Below are positions 1 to 10,012 of a stretch of DNA of 64,000 nucleotides, one piece after another. A program made the translations under genes and the position numbers. A model generated the notes under the pieces. That model was not told the origin of the DNA. It made no database searches and saw only the letters and a list, made by a program, of their open reading frames with translations. Within the stretch, counting starts at the first letter, position 1; each line of letters begins with the position of its first letter. Source of the DNA: an uncultured Spirochaetota bacterium (GTDB lineage: Bacteria; Spirochaetota; Brevinematia; Brevinematales; JAOACQ01); NCBI GenBank assembly GCA_963768055.1, contig CAVYGN010000002.1:1536001-1600000 (forward strand), in the 5' to 3' direction.

Positions 1-264
1 AGCCTCCGGGAACAGGAATCGGTCAGGCTCCAGGAAAGATCCGATGTCACTTTCGTTATAGGCGACCATATCTCTGCAAACGCCAATAAGTTGTTTCAAA
101 AGCTCAAGATTAAAAGGAAGGAAACGTATTTTATCGAAAACCTGGAAGGATTAAAGATGTTAAATCTTCCCCTTGCGGAATACAGGTCCGCGCTCGTCGT
201 TTCCTCTTCGTCCACGCCGCCGTTTATCGAGCGGGAAACAGTCGATTATCTGCTGGCTATATAG
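1..264 (+). CDS. ispH: 3' end of an IspH/LytB-like protein (4-hydroxy-3-methylbut-2-enyl diphosphate reductase), partial at window edge
   Basis: Frame 1 is open from base 1 to TAG at 262-264: ...REQESVRLQERSDVTFVIGDHISANANKLFQK...TYFIENLEGLK...ALVVSSSSTPPFIERETVDYLLAI. This parallels the IspH C-terminus (RQ..V..L...D...VIG...SSN..KL...TY.IE...GASTP..I...V). Not in the ORF track. Confidence 0.6.
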   Translation, partial: SLREQESVRLQERSDVTFVIGDHISANANKLFQKLKIKRKETYFIENLEGLKMLNLPLAEYRSALVVSSSSTPPFIERETVDYLLAI

Positions 265-1429
265 GATCGGCAGAATAAACGCGCAATCCCGTTTCTTTAT
301 TAAACAGATACATTTTTTTAAATTTTAAAAAAATCGTGGAATCTATTTTCAATTCCATCCCTATTGGCGCTTTAATGTAGATTTCTTCATTGCCGATTCT
401 AAGAGTAAGTACCGAAATATTTTTTATCGGCACCTGACGAACCATAGTGACCGCCGCCTGAAATCCCCCCGGGGTCGATTCATCAATTATCTCAATGTCT
501 TCCGGGTGCAAACCGACTTTATATCCGGATAATTCCGGAGAAACGGATTTACCATCAAGCATGTTGATCGCCGGGGTTTCGGTGTTCGGATTAAGAAATT
601 CTGCGACAAAAACAGATGACGGATTTTTATATAATTCTTCAAACGTGCCGACCTGGGCAATTTTCCCGATATCCATTACGGCGATAATATCGGCAAGAAT
701 TAAAGCTTCCTGCTGGTCGTGGGTTACATAGACCGTCGTTACTTTCAGCTGGGACAGCAGCTTGCGAAGCTCGATCCTGTATTTACCGCGAAGTTTTGCG
801 TCCAGGTTTGAGAAAGGTTCATCAAGGAGAAATACCGCAGGGTCGCGTGTAATGCATCGCGCTATTGCAATGCGCTGCTTCTCGCCACCGGAAAGATTGG
901 GGATTTTACGGTCCAGGAGATATTCTATATCGATCCCCATCAGTTCGCTGGTTTTTTTATATTTTTCAGTTTTCAATAATTCCATATCCTTGGTCTTCTT
1001 ATGAAATAAAAAAAATGTAAGTATATTTGTCCTTGCTTTCATATGAGGATATAGCGCGTAATTCTGGAAAACCATGCCGATTTTCCTGCTTTCAGCCGGA
1101 AGTGAGGTAACATCCATGCCGGCAAAAATAATCTGTCCGGAATCCGGCTGTTCGAGCCCTGCTATCATCCTCAGAAGTGTGGTTTTACCGCAGCCGCTGG
1201 GACCAAGGATCACCAGTGTTTTCCCGTCCGGTATTGATAAATTAATTTCATTTATCTTGAATCCATAAGTCTGATTATTCTTTAAGTTACCTTCCATTAT
1301 TTGCCCCGGGACAGCAGACTTCATAGCGGCATTTGTAATAAAAGCATATTCGATGGTTTTACCTATGGCGGTATCCTCGAAATTCCGGCGGAATGCTTTA
1401 ACAATATCCTTTAATTCAACCGACGCCAT
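257..1429 (-). CDS. ABC transporter ATP-binding protein, MalK/UgpC type with C-terminal TOBE-like region
   Basis: Walker A GPSGCGKTT, LSGGEKQR signature, LLDEP, VTHDQ. ATG at 1429 follows a GAGGAG RBS. Confidence 0.9.
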   Translation of the reverse strand: MASVELKDIVKAFRRNFEDTAIGKTIEYAFITNAAMKSAVPGQIMEGNLKNNQTYGFKINEINLSIPDGKTLVILGPSGCGKTTLLRMIAGLEQPDSGQIIFAGMDVTSLPAESRKIGMVFQNYALYPHMKARTNILTFFLFHKKTKDMELLKTEKYKKTSELMGIDIEYLLDRKIPNLSGGEKQRIAIARCITRDPAVFLLDEPFSNLDAKLRGKYRIELRKLLSQLKVTTVYVTHDQQEALILADIIAVMDIGKIAQVGTFEELYKNPSSVFVAEFLNPNTETPAINMLDGKSVSPELSGYKVGLHPEDIEIIDESTPGGFQAAVTMVRQVPIKNISVLTLRIGNEEIYIKAPIGMELKIDSTIFLKFKKMYLFNKETGLRVYSADPI

Positions 1430-1566
1430 AACTTCTCCTCTCAATAAAGATTAACTCTGTCAAAGAGTTTAATTAAAATCATTAATATTGTAAATAATTT
1501 CTAACAACCTTCTGCGGACTTGCAATTGTTCTGTCGAAGAGCCCGGCAGGTAATCTCCTTTCGCCT

Positions 1567-2628
1567 TCAGCTTTTCCTTTCTATACTGTAATCGAGGAGC
1601 TCCCTCAATACCGCGATACCGGAGGGGTCTGCGTTTTTAATATCACCTATCAAATCGCCGGCACATTTTCTCAATTCGGTCATCTTTCGATTAATAATTT
1701 TATCAACTCCAATTCTTAAGATCTGTTCCCTGATATAATCGATATCTTTATCCGAAATCCGGCCGGAGCCGAATATTTTTAAAAGTCTTTCTCTTTCCAT
1801 GGGGCCGCTGTCCCTTAAAAGATAATAATGATAAAGATTTTTTTTATTTTCCTTCAGGTCGGACCCCACTGGCTTGCCGGTCTCCCGTTCGTTTCCGAAC
1901 AACCCGATTTCATCGTCCTTAATCTGGAATATCAGGCCTAAATCCTCGCCTATATCGCTTAAAAGGCCCAGGGCCGCTCTGTCCGTATCGGCGAGGATCG
2001 CGCCTGTCATGAGCGGAAGGGAGAATGTATAACGCCCTGTTTTATAAGTATAAAGGTTTAAAATTGAAGCTTCGTCCGGACTATCTTTTATATTGCTGAA
2101 AAATACGTCCTGCATCTGGGCAAGGCCGACAGAGACGAATTCAGCGGATACCAGCTTGTTGATATTCATTTCAGCCGCGGCACCGCCATTGAGACCGGAC
2201 AATATCTCGAATGAAAGAAAAAACGCTATATCGCCGGCGCAGATGCCCATCGATTCTCCGAAATGATAGGAATCATTGAAACCTTTCCTGTCTCCCAGCA
2301 CTTTGTACTGATAAAAAAGGCTTTCTTTACCCCGCCTCAAAAGATCCCTGTCCATAATATCGTCATGAATGAGAAATCCCGATTGGAACAATTCCATTGC
2401 AGCCGCGGCCCTGAGCGCGCTATCGGTTCTCCTGCCGCTAAAAAGGCTATGGGAAAGCAGAACAAGTCCGCCCCTTATCATCTTGCCTGAAACGGTGAAA
2501 TCGATAAGCCTTTCCTGTATATCGCCGCCCCATTCGTTTATTCCTGAAAGGGATTTTTCTTTGGAATTAAAAAATTCCCGAAGAAAACGCTCGATTTTCG
2601 GTTTTTGCACATTAAAGAATTCCAGCAT
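1567..2628 (-). CDS. Polyprenyl diphosphate synthase (GGPP synthase/IdsA-like)
   Basis: GKMIRG, first Asp-rich motif LIHDDIMD-x-D-xx-RRG, KTGRY, FQIKDD, GKPVGSDL. Confidence 0.9.
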   Translation of the reverse strand: MLEFFNVQKPKIERFLREFFNSKEKSLSGINEWGGDIQERLIDFTVSGKMIRGGLVLLSHSLFSGRRTDSALRAAAAMELFQSGFLIHDDIMDRDLLRRGKESLFYQYKVLGDRKGFNDSYHFGESMGICAGDIAFFLSFEILSGLNGGAAAEMNINKLVSAEFVSVGLAQMQDVFFSNIKDSPDEASILNLYTYKTGRYTFSLPLMTGAILADTDRAALGLLSDIGEDLGLIFQIKDDEIGLFGNERETGKPVGSDLKENKKNLYHYYLLRDSGPMERERLLKIFGSGRISDKDIDYIREQILRIGVDKIINRKMTELRKCAGDLIGDIKNADPSGIAVLRELLDYSIERKS

Positions 2629-2808
2629 TTATCGTGCTCCCGAGTTTAGTTTAATTCATTTTTACAATTTCCTCAATAAAAAAAACACGGGCGTGATTTT
2701 GACAAAAAACACGATGTTTCTTACAATTATTATCTAAAAAAACACTATAAGCTTAATCGAGTCGATAATTATCATCGAATTAAATTAATAAATAACAGGA
2801 GTAAAAAA

Positions 2809-3831
2809 ATGAGCATATCTGAAAAACTATGGAAGAGGGGAAGCGATTTCCTCGGCGTTAAATATCCGATAATGGCCGGCGCAATGACGTGGATCAGCAA
2901 TTACGAGCTGGCAAAAGCCGTCAGCATAAACGGGGCTTTTCCGGTTCTTGCCGGCGGGAACATGGAACCGGACCTTTTTGAAAAAGAGGTGGATAAACTC
3001 ATCGGCGGCCTGAACGGCCCTTTTGCGGTCAACATGATAACTATAGCGCCTAATTTTAAAGCACAGTATGAGATCGTTCGTGAGAAAAAAGTTCCGATCG
3101 CGATATTCGCAGGGAACTTCCCGAAAAAAAATGACGTCGAAGGCCTGAAACAGAAGGGCATAAAAACAATGGCCTTTGCCTCCAGCGGCCAGATATCCGA
3201 CCAGATGATACGCTTCGGCATAGACGCGCTTATCCTCGAGGGAAGCGAAGCCGGGGGGCACATAGGTTATGTGTCGATAATGATCCTGCTCCAGCAGATC
3301 CTTTTCAAAACGTCCGAAGTGCCGGTTTTTGTCGCAGGTGGCATAGGAACGGGGAGGATGATCGCGCATATGCTTCTTATGGGGGCTTCGGGGGTACAGC
3401 TGGGAACCCGTTTCGTCGTTAGCGAGGAATGCACGGCCCATCCGAAATTCAAGGAAGCGTTTATAAAAGCCAAGGCAAGACATGCCATAGCCACTCCTCA
3501 GTACGATTCCAGGCTGCCGGTCGTATCGGTCAGGGCATTGAAGAACAAGGGGACCGAGAATTTCGGCAAACTTCAACTTGAACTAATAGGCAAACTTGAA
3601 AGGGGAGAAATTACCAGAGAAGAAGCCCAATTCGAGGTTGAACGGTACTGGGTCGGAGGTCTCCGCAAGGGGGTTGTCGATGGTGATATCGAGAACGGTT
3701 CGTTAATGGCCGGGCAAAGCGTCGGGCTTCTGGAAAAGATACAGCCGATTTGCGAAATAATAAAGGAGCTTATCGACGATACCGAGAAGGAGCTTCGGAC
3801 GGTAAAAAACCTTTTGGATAAAATTAATTGA
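2809..3831 (+). CDS. FabK-like enoyl reductase / nitronate monooxygenase family flavoprotein
   Basis: YPIMAGAMTWIS, EGSEAGGHIG, VFVAGGIG, GVQLGTRF, GSLMAGQSVG. Confidence 0.85.
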   Translation: MSISEKLWKRGSDFLGVKYPIMAGAMTWISNYELAKAVSINGAFPVLAGGNMEPDLFEKEVDKLIGGLNGPFAVNMITIAPNFKAQYEIVREKKVPIAIFAGNFPKKNDVEGLKQKGIKTMAFASSGQISDQMIRFGIDALILEGSEAGGHIGYVSIMILLQQILFKTSEVPVFVAGGIGTGRMIAHMLLMGASGVQLGTRFVVSEECTAHPKFKEAFIKAKARHAIATPQYDSRLPVVSVRALKNKGTENFGKLQLELIGKLERGEITREEAQFEVERYWVGGLRKGVVDGDIENGSLMAGQSVGLLEKIQPICEIIKELIDDTEKELRTVKNLLDKIN

Positions 3832-3856
3832 ATAACCGAATATTAAGGAGGAATCT

Positions 3857-4729
3857 GTGGGTTATCATATCGCTGTACTTGTAAAACAAGTCCCTGACAC
3901 GCATAATATAACGGGAAAGGCCATGAAGGACGACGGCACCGTAAACCGCCAGGCACTTCCGGCAATTTTTAATCCCGAAGATCTTAATGCGCTTGAAGAA
4001 GCTCTTAAAATTAAAGAAAATTACGGAGCGAAGATCACTGTCATATCCATGGGGCCGCCGAACGCGGCGCAGGTCCTGCGGGAAAGCCTTTACAGGGGCG
4101 CTGATGACGTAATTCTGATAACAGACAGGGCTTTTGCCGGGGCAGACACCCTGGCTACCTCCTACGTTCTCGCTCTTGCGGTAAAAAAACTTGGAAAGGT
4201 CGATATCGTAATGTGCGGCAGGCAGGCCATAGACGGCGATACCGCCCAGGTAGGCCCCCAGACAGCCGAAAAGCTCAAAATAAACCAGCTTACCTGCGTC
4301 AATAAGATCGTTTCCCTTAAAAAGGACTCTATAACGGTTGAAAGATCGATAGAAGGGGGGTACGAAACCCTTGCGGCTAAACTGCCGGTGCTTCTGACCG
4401 TTACAGGAGAAGCCAATACCCCGAGACCCCCTGCCGCAAAAAAAATCCTCGCTTATAAGCATGCGATGACCCCTATCGAACTTGAAAATCTTGATGAAGC
4501 CTATATCAATGCCAATGAAATAACAGATTCTCATGCCCTTATCAAACTTTGGGACCACAAAGAGATCGGTGCAAGCCCGGAACAGTGCGGCCTTTCCGGT
4601 TCGCCGACAAAGGTCAAACAGATAGAAAGCATTGTGCTGGGCGCTCAGGAATTCCGGAAAATCGATAACACTAAGTCCGGGATCGAGGGCCTGATCTCCG
4701 AATTGTTAGATGAACATATTTTAGGTTAA
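3857..4729 (+). CDS. etfB: Electron transfer flavoprotein beta subunit
   Basis: LVKQVPDT, NPEDLNALE, GADTLATS, GRQAIDGDTAQVG. Confidence 0.93.
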   Translation: MGYHIAVLVKQVPDTHNITGKAMKDDGTVNRQALPAIFNPEDLNALEEALKIKENYGAKITVISMGPPNAAQVLRESLYRGADDVILITDRAFAGADTLATSYVLALAVKKLGKVDIVMCGRQAIDGDTAQVGPQTAEKLKINQLTCVNKIVSLKKDSITVERSIEGGYETLAAKLPVLLTVTGEANTPRPPAAKKILAYKHAMTPIELENLDEAYINANEITDSHALIKLWDHKEIGASPEQCGLSGSPTKVKQIESIVLGAQEFRKIDNTKSGIEGLISELLDEHILG

Positions 4730-4741
4730 AGGGGAAACGTA

Positions 4742-5770
4742 ATGAAAACGAATGAAGTATGGGTTTTTATAGAACAAAACAACGGAAAAGTCGCGGATGT
4801 AAGCCTCGAACTCCTGGGAAAGGGGAGCGAACTTGCAAAAAGGCTGAATGTGAAAACCGGGGCCGTTATAATAGGAGACGGGGTGAAGGGCCTCGCCTTA
4901 ACTCTAATAAAGCAGGGCGCAGAAAGGGTTTATCCTGTCGAAGCCGCCGAATTGAAAAATTATACTACCCTGCCTTACTCTCATATTATGTCAGGCCTTA
5001 TCAAAGAATATGAACCCCAGATAGTGCTGTACGGGGCGACCACGACCGGGAGGGACATAGCGCCCCGAATAGCATCGGAATTAAAAGTCGGCCTGACAGC
5101 CGACTGCACAAATCTCCAGATAGGGGATTACACCAAGCCTTCCTCAAAAGAAGGCGATACTCTTTATAAGGATATCCTGTACCAGATACGTCCCGCGTTC
5201 GGAGGAAATATTATAGCGACTATAGTCAGCCCCGATCACAGGCCGCAGATGGCTACCGTCCGCGAAGGCGTTATGAAGATGAACGTACCCGACCCCTCAA
5301 AAAAGGGAGAAATAATTGAAACGAAGATCAGCCTTCCGCAGGAACTTTTTATTACGGATATAGTTAAAAAGGTGCAAAAAGAGAAGGCGGTTGACCTTAA
5401 ATCCGCAGCTGTTATTGTTTCAGGCGGAATGGGTGTGGGTTCCAGGGATAATTTCAAGCTTGTCCACGACCTCGCACATGTACTGGGAGCCCAGGTAGGC
5501 GGGTCCCGGGCTGCGGTGGATGCGGGATTTATCGGCCATGACCACCAGGTTGGGCAGACAGGTACGACTGTCAGGCCTAAACTTTATATCGCCGTGGGAA
5601 TATCGGGCCAGATACAGCATATGGCTGGTATGAAGGAATCGAACAGGATCATTGCAATCAACAGCGATCCTAACGCGCCTATCTTTCAGATAGCCCATTA
5701 CGGAATTGTCGGCGACCTGAATGACATTCTGCCGAAGTTTATTGACGTTTATAAATCTTTAATGAAATAA
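4742..5770 (+). CDS. etfA: Electron transfer flavoprotein alpha subunit
   Basis: GLTADCT, RPAFGGNI, IVSGGMG, GGSRAAVDAG, QVGQTG, GISGQIQH. Confidence 0.93.
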   Translation: MKTNEVWVFIEQNNGKVADVSLELLGKGSELAKRLNVKTGAVIIGDGVKGLALTLIKQGAERVYPVEAAELKNYTTLPYSHIMSGLIKEYEPQIVLYGATTTGRDIAPRIASELKVGLTADCTNLQIGDYTKPSSKEGDTLYKDILYQIRPAFGGNIIATIVSPDHRPQMATVREGVMKMNVPDPSKKGEIIETKISLPQELFITDIVKKVQKEKAVDLKSAAVIVSGGMGVGSRDNFKLVHDLAHVLGAQVGGSRAAVDAGFIGHDHQVGQTGTTVRPKLYIAVGISGQIQHMAGMKESNRIIAINSDPNAPIFQIAHYGIVGDLNDILPKFIDVYKSLMK

Positions 5771-5780
5771 GGAGTTTTCC

Positions 5781-7502
5781 ATGCCTAATTTTTATACAGA
5801 CAACGACGATATCCAGTTTCATATCAAGCACCTGGACCTTGACAGGATAATCGAGCTCAAGGAAAACTATTTTAAAGACAAAAATGAATACGATTACGCA
5901 CCGGTAAATATCAAAGACGCTAAAGACTCATACGATAAAATACTGAATATTACAGGCGATATAGCGGGTAATTTTATAGATCCGCGCTCGCAGGCGGTGG
6001 ACGAAGAGGGTGCCCGCTTTGAAAACGGCGAGGTAAGTTACGCCACCGGAACGAAAGAGGAACTTGAAGTTTTAAAAAAAGCCGACCTCATGGGATTTAC
6101 CCTTCCCAGGAAATACGGCGGGCTTAATTGTCCTGTGACAATTTATTCGATAGCCACAGAAATGGTTTCAAGGGCCGATGCCTCCCTGATGAATCTCTTC
6201 GGGCTGCAGGACATAGCTGAAACAATCAACCTCTTTGCCGATGAGGACCAGAAGATGAGATACCTGCCCCGTTTTGCGGCAGGAGAAGTTACCGGCTCTA
6301 TGGCTCTTACCGAACCTGATGCGGGAAGCGATCTGCAGGCCGTACAGTTAAAAGCATGGCAGGATGAAAAGGGCCAGTGGCGCTTAAAGGGTGTAAAACG
6401 CTTTATAACTAACGGATGCGGCCATATTTCCCTTGTCCTTGCCCGAAGCGAAGAGGGCACGAACGACGGAAGAGGCCTATCCATGTTCATCTATGAAAGG
6501 GACGATAAAATGAAAATCCGCAGGATCGAGAACAAGCTTGGAATCCATGGCTCGCCTACCTGCGAACTCCAGTTTAACGACGCACCGGCTGAGCTTTGCG
6601 GCAAAAGGAGAATGGGCCTTATAAAATATGTTATGTCGCTGATGAACGGCGCGAGACTCGCGATCGCGGCTCAGGGACTTGGCATCGCCGAAGCCGCTTA
6701 CGCCGAGGCTGACCAATACGCAAAGGACAGGGTCCAGTTCAAAAAGGCAATCCGCGACATGATCCCGGTAAGCGAGCTTCTTGTCAATATGCGTGTGAAA
6801 ATCGAAGCTGCGAGGACGCTGCTTTACGAGACGGCATTGATAGTCGATATGAAGGCCTGCCTGGAACATGAGAGCGGGCAGAATGAAGATAAGGCCAAGG
6901 CTTTGAGGGATGAACTTAAGAAATATTCGGCCCTTGCGGCGCTTTTCACGCCGATGGTCAAGGGTTATAACACGGAAATAGCCAACCAGGTAGCATACGA
7001 AACCATCCAGATACATGGCGGTACAGGTTTTATGAAGGAATTCAATGCTGAAAGGCATTACAGGGACGCCAGGATCACGAATATATACGAAGGAACGACA
7101 CAGCTTCAGGTGGTCGCGGCCATCGGCGGGATCGTTAAAGGGGTGGCGGTAGAAAAAATCGCAGAATACGACGGAAAGGCGAACTTTACAGGACTTGAAT
7201 TTTTGAAAAAGCCCCTGAGGCAAATGAAGGAGCAGACAGAAAAAGCGATAGAATATGTCAGAGCCAAGAACGACAGCCTTTACCAGGAATATCATTCGCG
7301 AAGGCTCGTTGAAATGGTGACCGACACGGTAATAGGATACCTTATGCTTCGCGATGCCGGCCGTTCTGAAAGAAAAAAGGATGTGGCGAAGTATTTTATA
7401 GAAATGGCCCTTCCAGAAGTAAATATCCGCCATGATATTATAGTGAATAATATCCAGCATTTCCTGGAAAAAAAGCAGGAAATCCTGGATGGGAAAAACT
7501 GA
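5781..7502 (+). CDS. Acyl-CoA dehydrogenase with C-terminal extension
   Basis: MALTEPDAGSD, GVKRFITNG, KLGIHGSPT, QIHGGTGF, IYEGTTQ. Confidence 0.92.
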   Translation: MPNFYTDNDDIQFHIKHLDLDRIIELKENYFKDKNEYDYAPVNIKDAKDSYDKILNITGDIAGNFIDPRSQAVDEEGARFENGEVSYATGTKEELEVLKKADLMGFTLPRKYGGLNCPVTIYSIATEMVSRADASLMNLFGLQDIAETINLFADEDQKMRYLPRFAAGEVTGSMALTEPDAGSDLQAVQLKAWQDEKGQWRLKGVKRFITNGCGHISLVLARSEEGTNDGRGLSMFIYERDDKMKIRRIENKLGIHGSPTCELQFNDAPAELCGKRRMGLIKYVMSLMNGARLAIAAQGLGIAEAAYAEADQYAKDRVQFKKAIRDMIPVSELLVNMRVKIEAARTLLYETALIVDMKACLEHESGQNEDKAKALRDELKKYSALAALFTPMVKGYNTEIANQVAYETIQIHGGTGFMKEFNAERHYRDARITNIYEGTTQLQVVAAIGGIVKGVAVEKIAEYDGKANFTGLEFLKKPLRQMKEQTEKAIEYVRAKNDSLYQEYHSRRLVEMVTDTVIGYLMLRDAGRSERKKDVAKYFIEMALPEVNIRHDIIVNNIQHFLEKKQEILDGKN

Positions 7503-7626
7503 TCGTTAAGGTTAAAACTCCGCCGGCTTCTATGCATAACCGGATCCCGGATTTCAATTGTTTGATATGTTTATTGATAACGCTTATAATATTATTTTAA
7601 CTGCAGAACATAAAGGAGGATTCGAA

Positions 7627-8193
7627 ATGTTAGAAGAATTTATCCAGGTTAAAAGAGAAGCAAACGAAAGAATGGACAGATCGATCCAGCACCTCAAAGA
7701 CGAATTTAAAAAAATGAGGACCGGAAGGGCCAATATAGCTATGGTAGAAGATATCCGTTTCGATTATTACGGCAATTTAACCCCGCTAAAGCAGGCTGCT
7801 TCTCTCTCTACTCCGGATCCGCACACGATAACCATAGATCCCTGGGATAAAAGCGCGCTCAAAGCAATTGAAAAAGGAATTTCTGAATCCGGTCTCGGTT
7901 TTACAGCGATGAACGATGGAAAAATCATCCGCGTGGCTATCCCCCCGCTTACCGAGGAAACAAAAAAAGATTTCGTTAAGAAAATCAAGGAGATCGCGGA
8001 AGAGATCAAAGTTGCCATTAGAAACGAGAGAAGGGATATTAACGCCCATGTAAAAAAAATGACAAAAGACGGCCATATAAGCGAGGATGACGAAAGAAAA
8101 GAGCTTGACGAGATCCAGAAGGTGACTGACAATCATATTAAGACAATCGACGATCTTATCATGAAAAAAGAAAAAGAGATAATGGAAGTTTAG
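7627..8193 (+). CDS. frr: Ribosome recycling factor
   Basis: RTGRAN, YYG..TPL.Q.A, NDGKIIRVAIPPLTEE, VAIRNERRD, KEKEIMEV. AAGGAGG RBS before ATG 7627. Confidence 0.96.
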   Translation: MLEEFIQVKREANERMDRSIQHLKDEFKKMRTGRANIAMVEDIRFDYYGNLTPLKQAASLSTPDPHTITIDPWDKSALKAIEKGISESGLGFTAMNDGKIIRVAIPPLTEETKKDFVKKIKEIAEEIKVAIRNERRDINAHVKKMTKDGHISEDDERKELDEIQKVTDNHIKTIDDLIMKKEKEIMEV

Positions 8194-8205
8194 CCCTGGA
8201 GGAAT

Positions 8206-8934
8206 ATGCGTCTTTATACTTTCGATATCGATGAAAACGCACTGCCCTCGCATGTCGGGATAATAATGGACGGCAACGGCAGATGGGCCGGGAGAAAGGG
8301 CCTTCCAAGAGTCCGGGGCCATGTTAAAGGGTACGAGGTCCTGAAGAAAATCATCGAATTCAATAAAAAAATCGGGATCAGGTATATTTCAGTTTACGCT
8401 TTTTCAACCGAAAACTGGCGCAGGCCGAAGGATGAAGTGAATTTTCTCATGGAACTGGCAAGGAACCTTATCGCTGAATATACCGAAACACTTTTCAGGA
8501 ACGATATCAGGCTTCTTGTTACAGGCGTAAAAGACCACCTTGACGAGCCTCTTATCAGACTTCTCGAGGAATCGGTATCGAAAACAAGCAAATGCTCTTC
8601 ATATGTTCTCAATGTAGTTTTCAATTACGGGGGAAGGAGGGAGATCCTGGATGCCTCGAAGAAACTGGCCTCTGAATACGGATGCGGAAAAGCGGACCTT
8701 GATAAAATTGACGAAAAGGCTTTCGGGAATTACCTTTACGAGCCTGAATTGCCGGATGTCGATCTTGTAATACGGACAAGCGGGGAATACAGATTATCTA
8801 ATTTTCTGCTCTGGCAGTCAAATTATGCCGAACTGTATTTTACCAAGAAATTATGGCCGGATTTCAGGGAGAGGGATTTCTGCAGGGCTATATACAATTA
8901 CCAGGCAAGAAAGAGAAGATTCGGCGATATTTGA
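8206..8934 (+). CDS. uppS: Undecaprenyl diphosphate synthase
   Basis: HVGIIMDGNGRWA, YAFSTENWRRP, NYGGR, IRTSGEYRLSNFLLWQ. Follows frr. Confidence 0.96.
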   Translation: MRLYTFDIDENALPSHVGIIMDGNGRWAGRKGLPRVRGHVKGYEVLKKIIEFNKKIGIRYISVYAFSTENWRRPKDEVNFLMELARNLIAEYTETLFRNDIRLLVTGVKDHLDEPLIRLLEESVSKTSKCSSYVLNVVFNYGGRREILDASKKLASEYGCGKADLDKIDEKAFGNYLYEPELPDVDLVIRTSGEYRLSNFLLWQSNYAELYFTKKLWPDFRERDFCRAIYNYQARKRRFGDI

Positions 8935-8949
8935 AAAAAGGAGGGCATA

Positions 8950-9795
8950 ATGTTTTGGAAAAGGCTTTCCACCGTGATTTTACTGCTTCCGGTCTGCGCT
9001 TTTTTAGTATTTACCAGGTACTTCAACGGTTTGCCTGTTTTTGTAGTTGTGCTGGTCATCGCGATTATAATCGCTAATGAAATATATGCCCTTTTCGAAA
9101 AAAAGGGTTATTCCTTTAACCTCTGGCTGCATTCCCTGGCGCTTACGGCAAGTTATATAAGTTTTTATCTCTATGGAATGGGAAGTTACGATATAGGTTA
9201 CCTGTTCATCGTCCAGATCGGTATAATTTCTGTATACATTATCATCATTATGGGTATTGAATCGATCTCGGGCAGGTTTGAGAATTCCATGGAAAACATG
9301 ACGCTCCCGGTATTCAGCTATATAATTCTCGGCATCTTCATGCCCCTCCTGGGTCTTTTAAAGACAATGGATCTATCGGGCTGGCTGCTTGCAATACTCC
9401 TTGTGATAATATACCTTACGGACACAGGGGGGTGGATTTTCGGGAAGCTTTTCGGCCAGCATAAAATTAAATTCATATCGAGTCCTAATAAGACCCTTGA
9501 AGGTTTCATAGGGGCTGTTTTATTGGGCGTTGTCGGGGGATTAGGAATTTATATAGCTGAAATAATTTTTCCTCTCCCCTCGAAATTCACTCTTTCCGAA
9601 TTGATAATAATAACATTCGCCGTTATCTTTTCAGGCATAGTCGGCGACCTGGGCGAGTCCAGCATAAAACGATGGGCCCATTTGAAGGATTCCGGAGACC
9701 TTCTGCCGGGGCATGGCGGTTTTTTTGACCGTTTCGACAGCCTGATATTCGCAACGCCGGTATTTTATGTGCTCATCAAACTGATGGGGCACTAG
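8950..9795 (+). CDS. cdsA: Phosphatidate cytidylyltransferase
   Basis: Polytopic membrane protein with SPNKTLEG and GDLGESSIKR...KDSG.LLPGHGG.FDRFDS. Confidence 0.95.
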   Translation: MFWKRLSTVILLLPVCAFLVFTRYFNGLPVFVVVLVIAIIIANEIYALFEKKGYSFNLWLHSLALTASYISFYLYGMGSYDIGYLFIVQIGIISVYIIIIMGIESISGRFENSMENMTLPVFSYIILGIFMPLLGLLKTMDLSGWLLAILLVIIYLTDTGGWIFGKLFGQHKIKFISSPNKTLEGFIGAVLLGVVGGLGIYIAEIIFPLPSKFTLSELIIITFAVIFSGIVGDLGESSIKRWAHLKDSGDLLPGHGGFFDRFDSLIFATPVFYVLIKLMGH

Positions 9796-9865
9796 GGAAC
9801 GGAACCACAGATGGGCACGGACTACAGACCTTCGGCATAGATCGGGTTTAATAACCCGGGGCAGG

Positions 9866-9985
9866 ATGATGCGGGCGGCTGAAGCGTTAAAAAATGACAT
9901 GATTGAAGCCATAGAGGCGGAGTCAGATGTAAATATTGTGGATAAAGAGGGAAAAACGGTATTGTTTAACAATATGTCTCTATAA
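9866..9985 (+). pseudogene. Isolated ankyrin-repeat remnant
   Basis: Translates as MMRAAEALKNDMIEAIEAESDVNIVDKEGKTVLFNNMSL, resembling one ankyrin repeat (compare IEAGADLNIIDEYGRTAL at 18.5 kb). Confidence 0.5.
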
Positions 9986-10012
9986 AAACCAAATTGTGGA
10001 GGAATTGCAAAT

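Noticed and set aside
2827..7460. Long antisense ORFs (2827-3576, 3824-4558, 6477-7460)
   Set aside because: Shadow frames of well-supported sense-strand genes, with no recognisable motifs.
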